64,000 nucleotides of DNA from an uncultured Chloroflexia bacterium (GCA_963734535.1 CAVTHS010000008.1:160001-224000); one strand, 5' to 3'; positions 47,178 to 56,903 are shown, counted from the stretch's first letter. Notes: a model not told the origin generated them from the letters alone. A program made the numbers and translations.

Positions 47178-48971
47178 GTGACGAGCATCCGGCAGGGAAT
47201 CGAGGTGGAGCTCAAGTACCGCGTGCGCGACGCGGAGGCGGCCGCACGGCTGGGCGCGCTCCGGGCGCTCGGCGGGCTCCGGGTCGCCGGCCGCCCGCGC
47301 CAGGTCCAGGTCGAGGACCGCTACCTGGACACGGCCGATGGCGCCCTGGCTGGAGCCGGCTACGCCGTCCGCCTCCGGCGCGGCCCGCGGATGACGATCC
47401 TGTCCGTCAAGGCGTCCAACGAGGCGGCATCGGCGCTCCACCGGCGCGAGGAGCTCGAGGGCCCGGCCGACCTGTCGCTCGATCCGCATGCGTGGCCTTC
47501 CTCGGCTGCCCGCTCGCTCGTGCTCGAGCATGCCGGCGACCTGCCGCTCATCGAGACGGTCACGATCCGCCAGCTCCGGCGCGCGCGCACCTTCGCGGGT
47601 GACGCGCTCGAGGTCGAGCTGAGCGTCGACGACGTGGAGATCGTCGCCGGCGGCCGGATGATCGACCGGTTCCTCGAGCTCGAGGTCGAGCTCAAGTCCG
47701 GCGACGAGCGCCGGCTCGCCGAGATCGCGGCGCTCGTCGAGGCGGACGACGCGCTCGAGCCTGTCACGACATCGAAGCTGGACCGGGCGCTCGCTGCCCT
47801 GGGCCGGGGCGGTCGGCCGGCGCGCGCGCGGGCGCGCCCCGCATCGACCAGCAGCCCGGCATCGCCGCCCGCCGCGGCGGATCCGATGCCGACAGGGGCT
47901 CCCACGCCGGCACTGGCCACGGACGGCACGCTGGCCAGCGAGACGGCAGACCGACCCGAGATCCCGCCGGGGCCCGAGCGGCCGGCCGAGGCGGAACGGC
48001 CGGCCGAGGCGGGCGTCACGCTGCCCGCGCTCGCGGTGGGCAAGACGCCCGGTGTCAGGCGCGACGACCTGCTGGCGGAAGCGGGCCGCAAGGTCCTCCG
48101 GTTCCACCTGGCGAGGATGCTCGCCCGCGAGGAAGGGACGCGGACCGGGCTCCGCATCGAGGATCTCCACGGCATGCGCGTCGCCACGCGCCGGATGCGG
48201 GCAGCCTGGCGCGTCTTTGGCGACGGGTTCAGGCTGGATCGGACGCGCCGAATGCGCCGGCGGCTCCGGGACCTTGCGGCCCGGCTCGGCGCGGTGCGCG
48301 ACCTCGACGTCCTCATCGAGGCCGCCGAGGCGCACCGGGTTGGTCTGCCGGAGGCAGAGGGGACCGCCTTCGCGCCCCTGGTCCGGGCGTGGTCGGAGAA
48401 CCGCGAGGTCGCCCGTCAGCTCCTGGTGCGAGAGCTCGACTCGGGCGCGTATGCCCGCCTCGTCGAGGAGTACCGGATCTTCGTCACGGCCGAGGGCACC
48501 GCCGTCCTTGCGCCGGCCAGCCCGGTCGCCCCGCACCGCGTTCGCGACACCGCCGGATCGCGCATCTGGCTGGCCTATGAGCAGGTCCGCGGGTACGAGA
48601 GCGTCCTGCGCTGGGCGGACATCGAGACGATCCACCAGCTCCGGATCGCCGCGAAGTGGCTTCGCTACACCCTCGAGTTCTTCCGCGAGGCGCTGGGGCC
48701 GGAGGTCGACCAGCTCGTCCCTCGGGTCGTGGCACTCCAGGATCACCTCGGCTGGCTTCACGACGCAGACGTCACGATCGCCCTGACCCGCCAGTTCCTG
48801 GTCTCGAATGCAGGTCGTCTCGACCCGGCCGGCACCGAGGTGATCGCGGCCTACCTGGAGGGTCGGGAGCGCGAGCTGGAGCATCTGCGCCGGTCGATCG
48901 GCGCCCCGTGGCGGGGCGTCGACGGGGTCGCGTTCCGGCGCCTCCTGGGGCGCGCCGTCAGCGGCCTGTGA
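47178..48971 (+). CDS. CYTH plus CHAD domain protein (polyP-binding)
   Basis: CYTH EVELK, YLDT, REELE, ELEVELK; Pro/Ala linker; CHAD LHGMRVATRRMR, LGAVRDLDV, HQLRIAAKWLRY, LQDHLGWLHD. Confidence 0.92.
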   Translation: MTSIRQGIEVELKYRVRDAEAAARLGALRALGGLRVAGRPRQVQVEDRYLDTADGALAGAGYAVRLRRGPRMTILSVKASNEAASALHRREELEGPADLSLDPHAWPSSAARSLVLEHAGDLPLIETVTIRQLRRARTFAGDALEVELSVDDVEIVAGGRMIDRFLELEVELKSGDERRLAEIAALVEADDALEPVTTSKLDRALAALGRGGRPARARARPASTSSPASPPAAADPMPTGAPTPALATDGTLASETADRPEIPPGPERPAEAERPAEAGVTLPALAVGKTPGVRRDDLLAEAGRKVLRFHLARMLAREEGTRTGLRIEDLHGMRVATRRMRAAWRVFGDGFRLDRTRRMRRRLRDLAARLGAVRDLDVLIEAAEAHRVGLPEAEGTAFAPLVRAWSENREVARQLLVRELDSGAYARLVEEYRIFVTAEGTAVLAPASPVAPHRVRDTAGSRIWLAYEQVRGYESVLRWADIETIHQLRIAAKWLRYTLEFFREALGPEVDQLVPRVVALQDHLGWLHDADVTIALTRQFLVSNAGRLDPAGTEVIAAYLEGRERELEHLRRSIGAPWRGVDGVAFRRLLGRAVSGL

Positions 48972-49054
48972 CGGACGGTCCCGCTCGCCGGGGGAACGGG
49001 GGCGGGCTTCGTCTCCTGCGTCGTGATCCGTGACAGACCCGGGCGCGTCGACGC

Positions 49055-49980
49055 CCCAGCCGTGCGCGAGCGCCTCGAGCCGATCCCGCCACGCGGCCCC
49101 GGCCCGGGCGAGCGCCAGCACCGTCCCTTCCCGGATCCCCTCCTCCGACGCCGTGGCCCGCGGGGCTCCGTAGCGGGCAAGGATCGCCTCGAGGAGCGCC
49201 GCGCCCCCTGCAAGGATCCGGGCCCGCTGGGGCCGGATGCCGCAGCGTGCCGCGACCTCGGCGGCGGATGACCCGCGGAGCAGCTCGAACGCCGCGTCGA
49301 GCCGCTCCGCCGTGAGGGCGCGATCCTGGAGCGCACCGGGCACGATCTTGACGAGGTTCGAGGCCGTTCCACCCACCGCCACGATCGCCGTGGGCGCGGC
49401 TTCGGGAGCGGTGGCGAGGGCCGCGGCGGCTGCGACGCGGAGCTCGACGATCTCGCTCCGCGTCGGCGGATCATGCGTCACATGCGACGCCGTGAGACGC
49501 GCGCCACCGACCCGCAGCCCGGTAGCGCTCGCCCGGTGCCCCGGGCCCACGATCACCAGCTGCGTGCTCCCGCCGCCGATGTCCACGACGAGCAGATCGG
49601 CGGCGACCGCGCGTCCGGACGTCGCGCCGAGGAGGGTCAGCAGGCCCTCTTCGCGATGGTCCAGGACGTGGAGGGCGACCCCGGTCGCATCCTCGACGGC
49701 CACGACCACGGCCCGTGCGTCCGCGGCCCGGCGCAGCGGCTCCGTCCCCACGAACGTGATGCGCTCCGCACCGAGCCCTCGCGCCGTCGCCGCGTACCCG
49801 GCAAGCGTCTCGACCAGGAGGCCCCGGGCCTCGGCGGGGATCAGTCCCCGGACGTCGACGAGCGTGCCGAGCCCGAGCAATGCCGATTCGTCGGCGAGCG
49901 GCACGACGCGATGCCCGTCCACGCTGCCCACCAGCAGGTGCGCCGAGTTTGCCCCGACGTCGACCGCGGCGCAGACCGGC
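49055..49980 (-). CDS. ppx: Short Ppx/GppA exopolyphosphatase; start and stop anomalous, boundaries approximate
   Basis: AAVDVGANSAHLLV, GTEPLR, EEG, DIGGGSTQ, VGGTA, RARILAGG, GIREG; no in-frame ATG/GTG/TTG upstream of the first motif and no in-frame stop until 47067. Confidence 0.8.
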
Positions 49981-50001
49981 CCGGGGGAAGGCCCCGCCTC
50001 G

Positions 50002-50790
50002 TCAGGCGTTGTCGGGTCCCGTGTCGGGCGGCGCGGCCGGACGAGCCCGCCGCGATCGGCCGGCCGTCGCCTTCGCGGGCTTCGACGAGGTCGCCCCAGA
50101 CTTCGACGGGGTCGTCGCGGGCTTCGACGGGGTCGTCACGGACTTCCCCATGTCCCTCGCGGGTTTCGGGGAGGCCGCGCGTTTCGCGACCGGGCTGGCC
50201 GCAGCCTGACCCTCAGCGGCCTTCTTCCCGGGCGCACGCGATTCGGGCTTTGGTGCCGAGGGCGTCTCCACGGTTCCCGCTCCGCGCTTCGGAGTCCCGG
50301 CAGGCCTCGGGCGCACGGCTCGCCGGGCCGCGCCGACGACCGACCCGGCCGCCCCCCTGACGGCGCCGGCGGCATCGTGCGCCGCCCCCTTCACCGCTTC
50401 GCCGGCCGGGGCTGCCACATGGGCAGCCGCGTGTGCGGCAGCCTCCGCCGCGTGCACCACGCCCCCGGCGACGTCGGAGACGGCATCCGCGGCGCCCTCG
50501 ACCAGGCTTCCCGTCGCATGGCCGACCTTCCTCGCCCCGCCGATGGCAGGCTCCCAGGCGAGGTGGACGAGCTCGGCGATCTCTGCCCGGATCCGGTCGG
50601 CGTCCGCGGAGGCAGCGGCCAACCGCGATTTCCGGCGCTCCTCGATCCTGCGTGCCTCGGCCAGGTCCCGCTCGAGCCTGGCCAGGCGCCGCCTGGTTGC
50701 CCGCTCCAGCTGCTCCGCCTCGTCGCGCGCGGTGGCGGACACGTCCGAGACGCGCCGCCGCAGGGCACGCTTGCCACTTCCCTTGCCCAT
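50002..50790 (-). CDS. Hypothetical protein: charged coiled coil, Ala-rich amphipathic repeats and a basic Lys/Pro/Ala/Thr tail (histone H1/phasin-like)
   Basis: ATG 50790 with SD GAGGAGG; 262 aa; three 21-bp repeats at about 50078-50140 encode TTPSKPA-like units. Confidence 0.75.
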   Translation of the reverse strand: MGKGSGKRALRRRVSDVSATARDEAEQLERATRRRLARLERDLAEARRIEERRKSRLAAASADADRIRAEIAELVHLAWEPAIGGARKVGHATGSLVEGAADAVSDVAGGVVHAAEAAAHAAAHVAAPAGEAVKGAAHDAAGAVRGAAGSVVGAARRAVRPRPAGTPKRGAGTVETPSAPKPESRAPGKKAAEGQAAASPVAKRAASPKPARDMGKSVTTPSKPATTPSKSGATSSKPAKATAGRSRRARPAAPPDTGPDNA

Positions 50791-51005
50791 GCCGACCCTC
50801 CTCAGCCGCTCGGCGCCCAACCCGTCGGTGGCGACAGTCTGCCACCCGCGGCAACCAGGCGCGGGATCGCGGTTGCCTGGATGCGGACGGCGGGCGGCGC
50901 GCCTTCGAGTGACCCCTGGCGCCACTCGGCGCATGACGCCGTCACGGCTCCGGGGGATCGGGCCGGCGATTCCCTGCGCGCCGCCCAGGCCGGGGCCGTC
51001 GCGCC

Positions 51006-51049
51006 GTTAACACAACGTTGAAAGACCGTCAACGGCCAGTTCACGCGTG
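51006..51049 (+). promoter_or_regulatory. PHO box array upstream of pstS
   Basis: Four units at exact 11-bp period: GTTAACACAAC GTTGAAAGACC GTCAACGGCCA GTTCACGCGTG; resembles the actinobacterial GTTCAC PhoP/RegX3 direct repeat. Confidence 0.8.
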
Positions 51050-51143
51050 GATCCGATGGTGGGAGCGGAAATCGCACGAACCGACCGCGTCGAGGTGCCC
51101 GAGCGTGGGTGCCCGGCGGGACACGCAGGGAGGAACAACACAG

Positions 51144-52337
51144 GTGATCATCACTTCGCCCAGGCGGCTCGGCGCGCTCGCCCTCGCGGCGGCCTTCGCC
51201 GTCGGCGCGTGCTCCGGGAGCGCCACACCGTCGCCGGCAGCCAGCCCGTCACCGGGAGGCTCGGCCGACGCCAGCGCTCCGGCCAGCTCCGCGTCGGGCG
51301 CAGGCGCGGTCACCTATCGATGCAGCAAGGGCGACGGCCAGCTCACCGGCGCCGGTTCCACCTTCATCTACCCGCTGCTCTCGAAGATGGGCGCGGACTA
51401 CAACACGAAGTGCGGCGTCAAGCTGAACTACCAGTCGATCGGGTCGGGCGGCGGCATCAAGCAATGGACCGCGAACACCGTCGATTTCGGGGCGAGCGAC
51501 GCGTTCCTCGCGGATAGTGAGATCAAGGGCGCATCGGCCAACGGGGAGGCGGTGGAGATCCCCGCCACGTTCGGGGCCGTCGTGGTCGCCTACAACCTCA
51601 CGGGCCTGCCGGCGCCGCTCAAGATGACCGCGTCCGTCATCGCCGGGATCTTCGATGGATCGATCACGACCTGGAACGACCCCGCGATCGCGGCCGCCAA
51701 CCCGGGCGTGACCCTGCCGTCGACCGCGGTCAGCGTCGTCCATCGCTCGGACGGCTCGGGCACGACGAGCATCTTCACGACCTATCTCACGAAGGCGAGC
51801 CCCGAATGGGTCACCGCGATCGGCCAGGGTGATGCCACCAAGTCGGCTGGCAAGACGGTCGAGTGGCCCGTGGGTCAGGGCGCAAGCGGCAACGAAGGCG
51901 TCACGCAGGGCATCAACCAGACCGACGGCGGCGTCGGCTATATCGAGCTGGCCTACGCACTCCAGAACCACATTCCGTTCGCGGACGTCCAGAACAAGGC
52001 CGGCACGTTCATCACCCCGTCGCTCGAGTCTCTGACGGCGGCGGCGAACCTGTCGAGCTACCCAGCCGACCTTCGGTTCGACCTCGCGAACACGGACTCG
52101 CCGACCGGCTACCCGATCGCCGGCACCACCTGGCTGATCGTGTACAAGGACCTCTCGAAGGTCATGAAGTCCCAGGACCGGGCGAACGCCCTGGTCGACT
52201 TCCTCTGGTGGGCCATCCACGACGGCCAGAGCGATGCTGCCCCGCTCTTCTATGGCTCGATCCCGGCAGGCCTGCTCGCGCAGGACGAAGCTGCCGTCAA
52301 GTCGCTCAACTGGGCCGGCCAGCCTCTCCTGCCGTAG
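51144..52337 (+). CDS. pstS: Phosphate ABC transporter substrate-binding lipoprotein
   Basis: Lipobox VGAC, GAGSTF, GSGGG, DFGASD, RSDGSGTT, YPI; SD GGAGG. Confidence 0.95.
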   Translation: MIITSPRRLGALALAAAFAVGACSGSATPSPAASPSPGGSADASAPASSASGAGAVTYRCSKGDGQLTGAGSTFIYPLLSKMGADYNTKCGVKLNYQSIGSGGGIKQWTANTVDFGASDAFLADSEIKGASANGEAVEIPATFGAVVVAYNLTGLPAPLKMTASVIAGIFDGSITTWNDPAIAAANPGVTLPSTAVSVVHRSDGSGTTSIFTTYLTKASPEWVTAIGQGDATKSAGKTVEWPVGQGASGNEGVTQGINQTDGGVGYIELAYALQNHIPFADVQNKAGTFITPSLESLTAAANLSSYPADLRFDLANTDSPTGYPIAGTTWLIVYKDLSKVMKSQDRANALVDFLWWAIHDGQSDAAPLFYGSIPAGLLAQDEAAVKSLNWAGQPLLP

Positions 52338-52345
52338 CCGGCCCC

Positions 52346-52409
52346 ACGCCGCTGACCTCGCCGCCCCTGGGGACTCCTCCGCCCCGGGGCGGCGTCAGGT
52401 CAGCGGCGT
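52346..52409 (+). other. Long intercistronic stem-loop between pstS and pstC
   Basis: ACGCCGCTGACCT pairs with AGGTCAGCGGCGT (outer stem); CGCCGCCCC(T)GGGG pairs with CCCCGGGGCGGCG (inner stem); no U-tract. Confidence 0.75.
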
Positions 52410-52437
52410 CAGGTCAGATGACCGAAACTTGGCAGCC

Positions 52438-53433
52438 ATGACCACCCACGACCTGGCCCCGGGCTCCCTCCCGGATAGGCCCGCGACCAACGGGTCGGCG
52501 CTCTTGCGCCGCCGCTGGCTCACGGGCGACAGGGTCTTCCGGACCGCGACGGGGGCGGCGGCGGCGCTCTCCCTGGCCCTGATCGGGCTCATGGCCTACG
52601 ACAGCATCTCGTCCACCGGGCCGGTGTTCGATCGGTTCGGGATCTGGGGCTTCGTGACGGGCGCGCGCTGGTCGCCATCGTTCGCGATCTACGGAGCGCT
52701 GCCGTTCATCTACGGCACGCTCCTCACCGGCCTCATCTCCGTGGCCCTGGCCGTGCCGATCGCGATCGGGATCGCGCTGCTGGTGACCGAGTTCCTCCCT
52801 CGCCGCGTGGCAGGGCCTGTCGCGATCGTCGTCGACCTTCTGGCGGCGGTCCCGTCAGTCGTCTGGGGGCTGTGGGGCCTGCTCGTGCTCGTTCCGTTCC
52901 TGCGGCCGTTCGAGCAGGCGGCAGCCGGGTCGATCGGCAGGATCCTGCCGTTCCTCGGGCCACCGACGCCAGGGCCAAGCTACTTCGCGGCCGGCCTCGT
53001 CGTTGCCATCATGATCATCCCGATCGTGGCGGCGGTCACCCGCGAGGTCTTCGCGACGACGCCGCGGCTGCAGCGGGAGGGAATCCTTGCCCTGGGTGGA
53101 ACGCGCTGGGACGTGATCCGGCAGGTCGTGATCCCGATCAGCCGGACGGGACTCTTCGCGGCGATCATCCTGGGACTCGGTCGCGCCATCGGCGAGACGA
53201 TCGCGGTCACCCTGGTCATCGGCAACTCGCCGAAGATCGCGGCGTCGATCTTCTCCCCCGGCTTCACGCTCGCCAGCGTCATCGCCAACGAGTTCAACGA
53301 GGCAACCGAGGAGCTCCACCCGGAGGCACTGATCGCCCTGGGCGTGGTCCTCCTGGTGATCGCGGTCGTCATCAACGGCGGCGGCGTGCTCGTTCGCCGG
53401 CGCTTCGAGCAGGGGCTGCAGCGTGGTCGCTGA
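52438..53433 (+). CDS. pstC: Phosphate ABC transporter permease
   Basis: LAAVPSVVWGLWG, EGILALGGTRW, LGRAIGETIAV, TLASVIANEF. Confidence 0.95.
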   Translation: MTTHDLAPGSLPDRPATNGSALLRRRWLTGDRVFRTATGAAAALSLALIGLMAYDSISSTGPVFDRFGIWGFVTGARWSPSFAIYGALPFIYGTLLTGLISVALAVPIAIGIALLVTEFLPRRVAGPVAIVVDLLAAVPSVVWGLWGLLVLVPFLRPFEQAAAGSIGRILPFLGPPTPGPSYFAAGLVVAIMIIPIVAAVTREVFATTPRLQREGILALGGTRWDVIRQVVIPISRTGLFAAIILGLGRAIGETIAVTLVIGNSPKIAASIFSPGFTLASVIANEFNEATEELHPEALIALGVVLLVIAVVINGGGVLVRRRFEQGLQRGR

Positions 53434-54301
53434 TCCGACGATCTTCCTGCGTCCGACCAGCCCTGGCCGGCTGCTCAAGGCACGCCTCGTGAACGTGCTC
53501 GCCGTCCTCGCGTTCGCAGTTGCCCTGGTCCCGCTCGCGGCCATCGCCTGGTACCTCATCTCGAAGGGCATCGGCGTCATCAACGTCGACTTCTTCACCC
53601 AGGACCCGCCTGGCGACCTGAGCGCGGCGGGCGGTGGCATCCGCAACGCCGTCGTCGGGACGCTCGAGATGACCGGCTTCGCGGCCCTGATCGCCGTGCC
53701 GCTCGGGCTGCTCGTGGCGGTCTTCGACGTGGAGGTCGGCGGCACGCCGGCGGTCGTGATCCGGTTCGTCATCGACGTGCTGGGCGCGCTGCCGTCGATC
53801 GTCGTCGGGATCTTCGTCTACTCGCTCGTCGTGGTCGCCCAGGGGCACTTCTCCGGGTTCGCAGGCTCGGCCGCCCTCGCGATCATCATGCTGCCCCCCG
53901 TCGTGGTCGCGACCGAGGAGATGCTGCGCCTGCTTCCTCGTTCGATCGCCGAGGGCGCCCGCGCCCTTGGGCTCAGCCGATGGCGATCCTTCCTGTCGTT
54001 CTTCCTGCCGACCGCCTTCTCGGGCATCTTCACCGGCGTGCTGCTGGCGATCTCCCGCGCCATCGGCGAGACGGCCCCCCTGCTGTTCACCTCCCTCGGG
54101 AACAACTTCTTCTCGCTCGACATGAGCGAGCCGATGCAGGGCCTGCCCCTGCTCATCTATCGCAACGCACTCAACTCGGCGTTTCCGGCCGCCGAGGCGC
54201 GCGCGTTCGGAGCCGCCCTGACGCTCGTCGTGATGGTGCTGCTCTTCAACCTGGCCGGCCGATGGATGGTCGCGCGAAGCCGGCCAAGCGGGAGTCGATG
54301 A
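53423..54301 (+). CDS. pstA: Phosphate ABC transporter permease
   Basis: [32 protein letters not shown]. Confidence 0.95.
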   Translation: MVADPTIFLRPTSPGRLLKARLVNVLAVLAFAVALVPLAAIAWYLISKGIGVINVDFFTQDPPGDLSAAGGGIRNAVVGTLEMTGFAALIAVPLGLLVAVFDVEVGGTPAVVIRFVIDVLGALPSIVVGIFVYSLVVVAQGHFSGFAGSAALAIIMLPPVVVATEEMLRLLPRSIAEGARALGLSRWRSFLSFFLPTAFSGIFTGVLLAISRAIGETAPLLFTSLGNNFFSLDMSEPMQGLPLLIYRNALNSAFPAAEARAFGAALTLVVMVLLFNLAGRWMVARSRPSGSR

Positions 54302-55161
54302 GTGAGCGAATGGAACCGGCGACCGTGACCGCCGTCTCGGTCGGAGTGCCCGCGCCCGAGTCGCGGTACCTGGAGCCTGCCCCCGCCGGCGGGGTCCTCC
54401 GGGTCGAGAACCTCAGCGCGTACTACGCCAAGCAGCGGGCCGTTCGAGACGTCACCCTCGACTTCCAGCCAAACGCCATCACGGCGATCATCGGCCCGTC
54501 GGGGAGTGGCAAGTCGACGCTCCTGCGGTGCATGAACCGGATGCACGAGGTCGTGCCCCGGGCCAGCGTCGAAGGCGTGGTCGAGTACCGCGGGGTGAAC
54601 ATCTACGATCCGCGGGTCGACCCCGCGGCCGTGCGGCGGTCGATCGGGATGGTCTTCCAGCAGCCCAACCCGTTCCCCACCAAGTCGATCGCGGAGAACG
54701 TCGCCGCCGCGGCGCGCTTCAATGGGCTCGTCAAGGGCAAGGGCGCCGAACGGGAGCTGGTCGAACGCTGCCTGATCCAGGCGGCCTTGTGGGACGAGGT
54801 CAAGGACAAGCTCGACCAGGGTGGGACCTCGCTGTCGGGCGGCCAGCAGCAGCGGCTGTGCATCGCCCGCGCCCTGGCGCTCGCCCCGGACGTCCTGCTC
54901 ATGGACGAGCCCTGCTCGGCCCTCGATCCGGTCGCGACGCTGCAGGTGGAGCAGCTGATGCTCGACCTCCGAGCCAGCTACACGATCGTGATCGTCACCC
55001 ACAACATGCAGCAGGCTTCGCGCGTGAGCGACCGCACGGCATTCCTGAACATGGGAGAGGACCGGGCGGGCTACCTCGTGGAGGAAGGGCCGACCCGCGA
55101 CCTGTTCACCCAGCCGCGCCTGCAGCTCACCGAGGACTACATCTCCGGGAGGTTCGGATGA
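54298..55161 (+). CDS. pstB: Phosphate ABC transporter ATPase
   Basis: [45 protein letters not shown]. Confidence 0.96.
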   Translation: MSERMEPATVTAVSVGVPAPESRYLEPAPAGGVLRVENLSAYYAKQRAVRDVTLDFQPNAITAIIGPSGSGKSTLLRCMNRMHEVVPRASVEGVVEYRGVNIYDPRVDPAAVRRSIGMVFQQPNPFPTKSIAENVAAAARFNGLVKGKGAERELVERCLIQAALWDEVKDKLDQGGTSLSGGQQQRLCIARALALAPDVLLMDEPCSALDPVATLQVEQLMLDLRASYTIVIVTHNMQQASRVSDRTAFLNMGEDRAGYLVEEGPTRDLFTQPRLQLTEDYISGRFG

Positions 55162-55198
55162 GCCGGCGAACCACCTGGCACGATCGGGAGGGACGCGC

Positions 55199-55951
55199 AT
55201 GACCGAGACGAACCGTGGTGCCGGAGCGTCCGCCGACAGGGCGGCAGACGAGCCCGTCGCCGCCGAAGGCTCCCCCGCCGTGTGGCCGCACCGCGTTCCG
55301 CGGCCGGCGCTCGACACCGAGGAACGCCTGATCAAGGAGACGCTCCTCCGGATGGCCAGCCTCATCGAGGAGCGCATCCGCCTGACCGTCGACGCCCTCG
55401 AGACCCACGACGCGGCGCTGGCCCTGACCGTGATCAAGGGTGATGCCGAGATCAACGCGATGCAGGCCGAGGCGCTCGACCACATCATCCGGACGATCGC
55501 CACCCAGGCGCCGGTCGCGCGCGACCTGCGCTTCCTGTTGACGCTGGACCATATCGCCTACGAGCTCGAACGGATCGGCGACTCGATCGCGAACGTCGCG
55601 AAGCGCGTCCGTGACGTGGCGCCGCACCCTCCGCTGGCCGAGTATGTCGGGATCCCGGAGATGGGACGCCTGGCCGCACAGATCCTTTGCGACGTGGGGC
55701 GAGCGCTCGTCGATTCGGACGTCGACGTCGCTCGAGCGGTCGCCAGCCAGGACGATGCGATCGATGCCTACTACCATCGCGCAACGGACGAGCTCATCCG
55801 GCTCGGTCAGGCGGATCCGGCCAACGTCGAGCGAGCGGCACGCCTGTTGATCGCGGCCCACTACCTGGAGCGGATCGGCGACCGGGTCACCAACATCGCG
55901 GAGGACGTCGTCTTCCTCGCTACCGGCGAGCACGAGGACCTGAACCCATGA
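55199..55951 (+). CDS. phoU: Phosphate signalling protein PhoU
   Basis: QAPVARDLR, ELERIGD, LERIGDRVTNIAE. Confidence 0.95.
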   Translation: MTETNRGAGASADRAADEPVAAEGSPAVWPHRVPRPALDTEERLIKETLLRMASLIEERIRLTVDALETHDAALALTVIKGDAEINAMQAEALDHIIRTIATQAPVARDLRFLLTLDHIAYELERIGDSIANVAKRVRDVAPHPPLAEYVGIPEMGRLAAQILCDVGRALVDSDVDVARAVASQDDAIDAYYHRATDELIRLGQADPANVERAARLLIAAHYLERIGDRVTNIAEDVVFLATGEHEDLNP

Positions 55952-56424
55952 CCGAACCGAGGACGCCCATCCGGGTCCTGTTCGTGTGCACCGGCAACTC
56001 TGCGCGCAGCCAGATGGCCGAAGCGATCCTCGGCCACGTCGGCGGGTCCGACTTCGAGGTCCATTCCGCCGGCACGCACCCGGGAATCGTCAACCCCCTG
56101 ACGATCCGGGCACTCTCCGAGATCGGCATCGACTGGTCGGACGCGCGCTCGAAATCGGTCAGCGAATACGTCGACGAGCCGTTCGACTACGTGATCACGG
56201 TCTGCGACCAGGCGCGCGAGGCGTGCCCGGTCTTCCCCGGCGGGCGCGTTTCGCTCCACTGGGGATTCGACGACCCGGCCGCGGCCCGCGGGACCGATGA
56301 CGAGCAACGCGCCGTCTTCCGCCGCGTGCGAGACGAGATCAGCGCCCAGGTCATCCCATTCGCCGCAGATCGCGCCCGGCCGGTCTGGCCTCAGGAGCCA
56401 GTCCCAGCACGCCCGGAGGCCTGA
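55948..56424 (+). CDS. arsC: Thioredoxin-type arsenate reductase (LMW-PTP fold)
   Basis: CTGNSARSQMAE P-loop plus TVCDQAREACP resolving cysteine pair, HW.FDDP; ATGA overlap with phoU. Confidence 0.9.
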   Translation: MTEPRTPIRVLFVCTGNSARSQMAEAILGHVGGSDFEVHSAGTHPGIVNPLTIRALSEIGIDWSDARSKSVSEYVDEPFDYVITVCDQAREACPVFPGGRVSLHWGFDDPAAARGTDDEQRAVFRRVRDEISAQVIPFAADRARPVWPQEPVPARPEA

Positions 56425-56426
56425 CG

Positions 56427-56903
56427 GTGGAGCTCGCGCTGCTCCGGCACGCGCACGCCGGCGACCCGGAACGCTGGGATCGGGCGGACGAGCTGCGGCC
56501 TTTGAGCGACAAGGGGCGCCAGCAGGCCGAACGGCTCGGCCGCCTGCTGGCTGCGGCCGGGTTCGTCCCGGACGCCGTGCTCACCTCGCCCCACGTGCGT
56601 GCCCGCGAGACGGCCGAGATCGTCGCCGACCGGCTTGGCATCTCGATCGTCGTCGAGCCGCGGCTGGCAGCCTACCTGGATCTCGCCACGGTCGACGCGA
56701 TCCTCGACCAAGCGGGGATGCCGGTTCGCGCAGTCCTCGTCGGTCACGACCCGGACTTCAGCGACCTCCTGGCCTCGCTCACGGGGTCGCCGGGCCTCCG
56801 GATGCGGAAGGGAGCCTTCGCGCTGCTCGACGTGGAGCGGCCGCTGGCGCCCGGATCCGCCGAGCTGCGCTGGCTCGTCCCGCCCGACCTGCTTCGCCGC
56901 TAG
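56427..56903 (+). CDS. sixA: SixA-like histidine phosphatase
   Basis: LLRHA, RPLS.KG, TSP..RA.ETA, LVGHDP. Confidence 0.88.
   Translation: MELALLRHAHAGDPERWDRADELRPLSDKGRQQAERLGRLLAAAGFVPDAVLTSPHVRARETAEIVADRLGISIVVEPRLAAYLDLATVDAILDQAGMPVRAVLVGHDPDFSDLLASLTGSPGLRMRKGAFALLDVERPLAPGSAELRWLVPPDLLRR

Noticed and set aside
47976-48011. 18-bp duplication (ERPAEA twice) in the CYTH-CHAD linker; a similar short repeat at the ldh N-terminus (about 26268-26303)
   Set aside because: In-frame slippage in disordered linkers; ordinary
47067-49050. C-terminal ~650 aa of the 954-aa ppx ORF as a real domain
   Set aside because: It is the antisense shadow of the CYTH-CHAD gene and has no recognisable motifs
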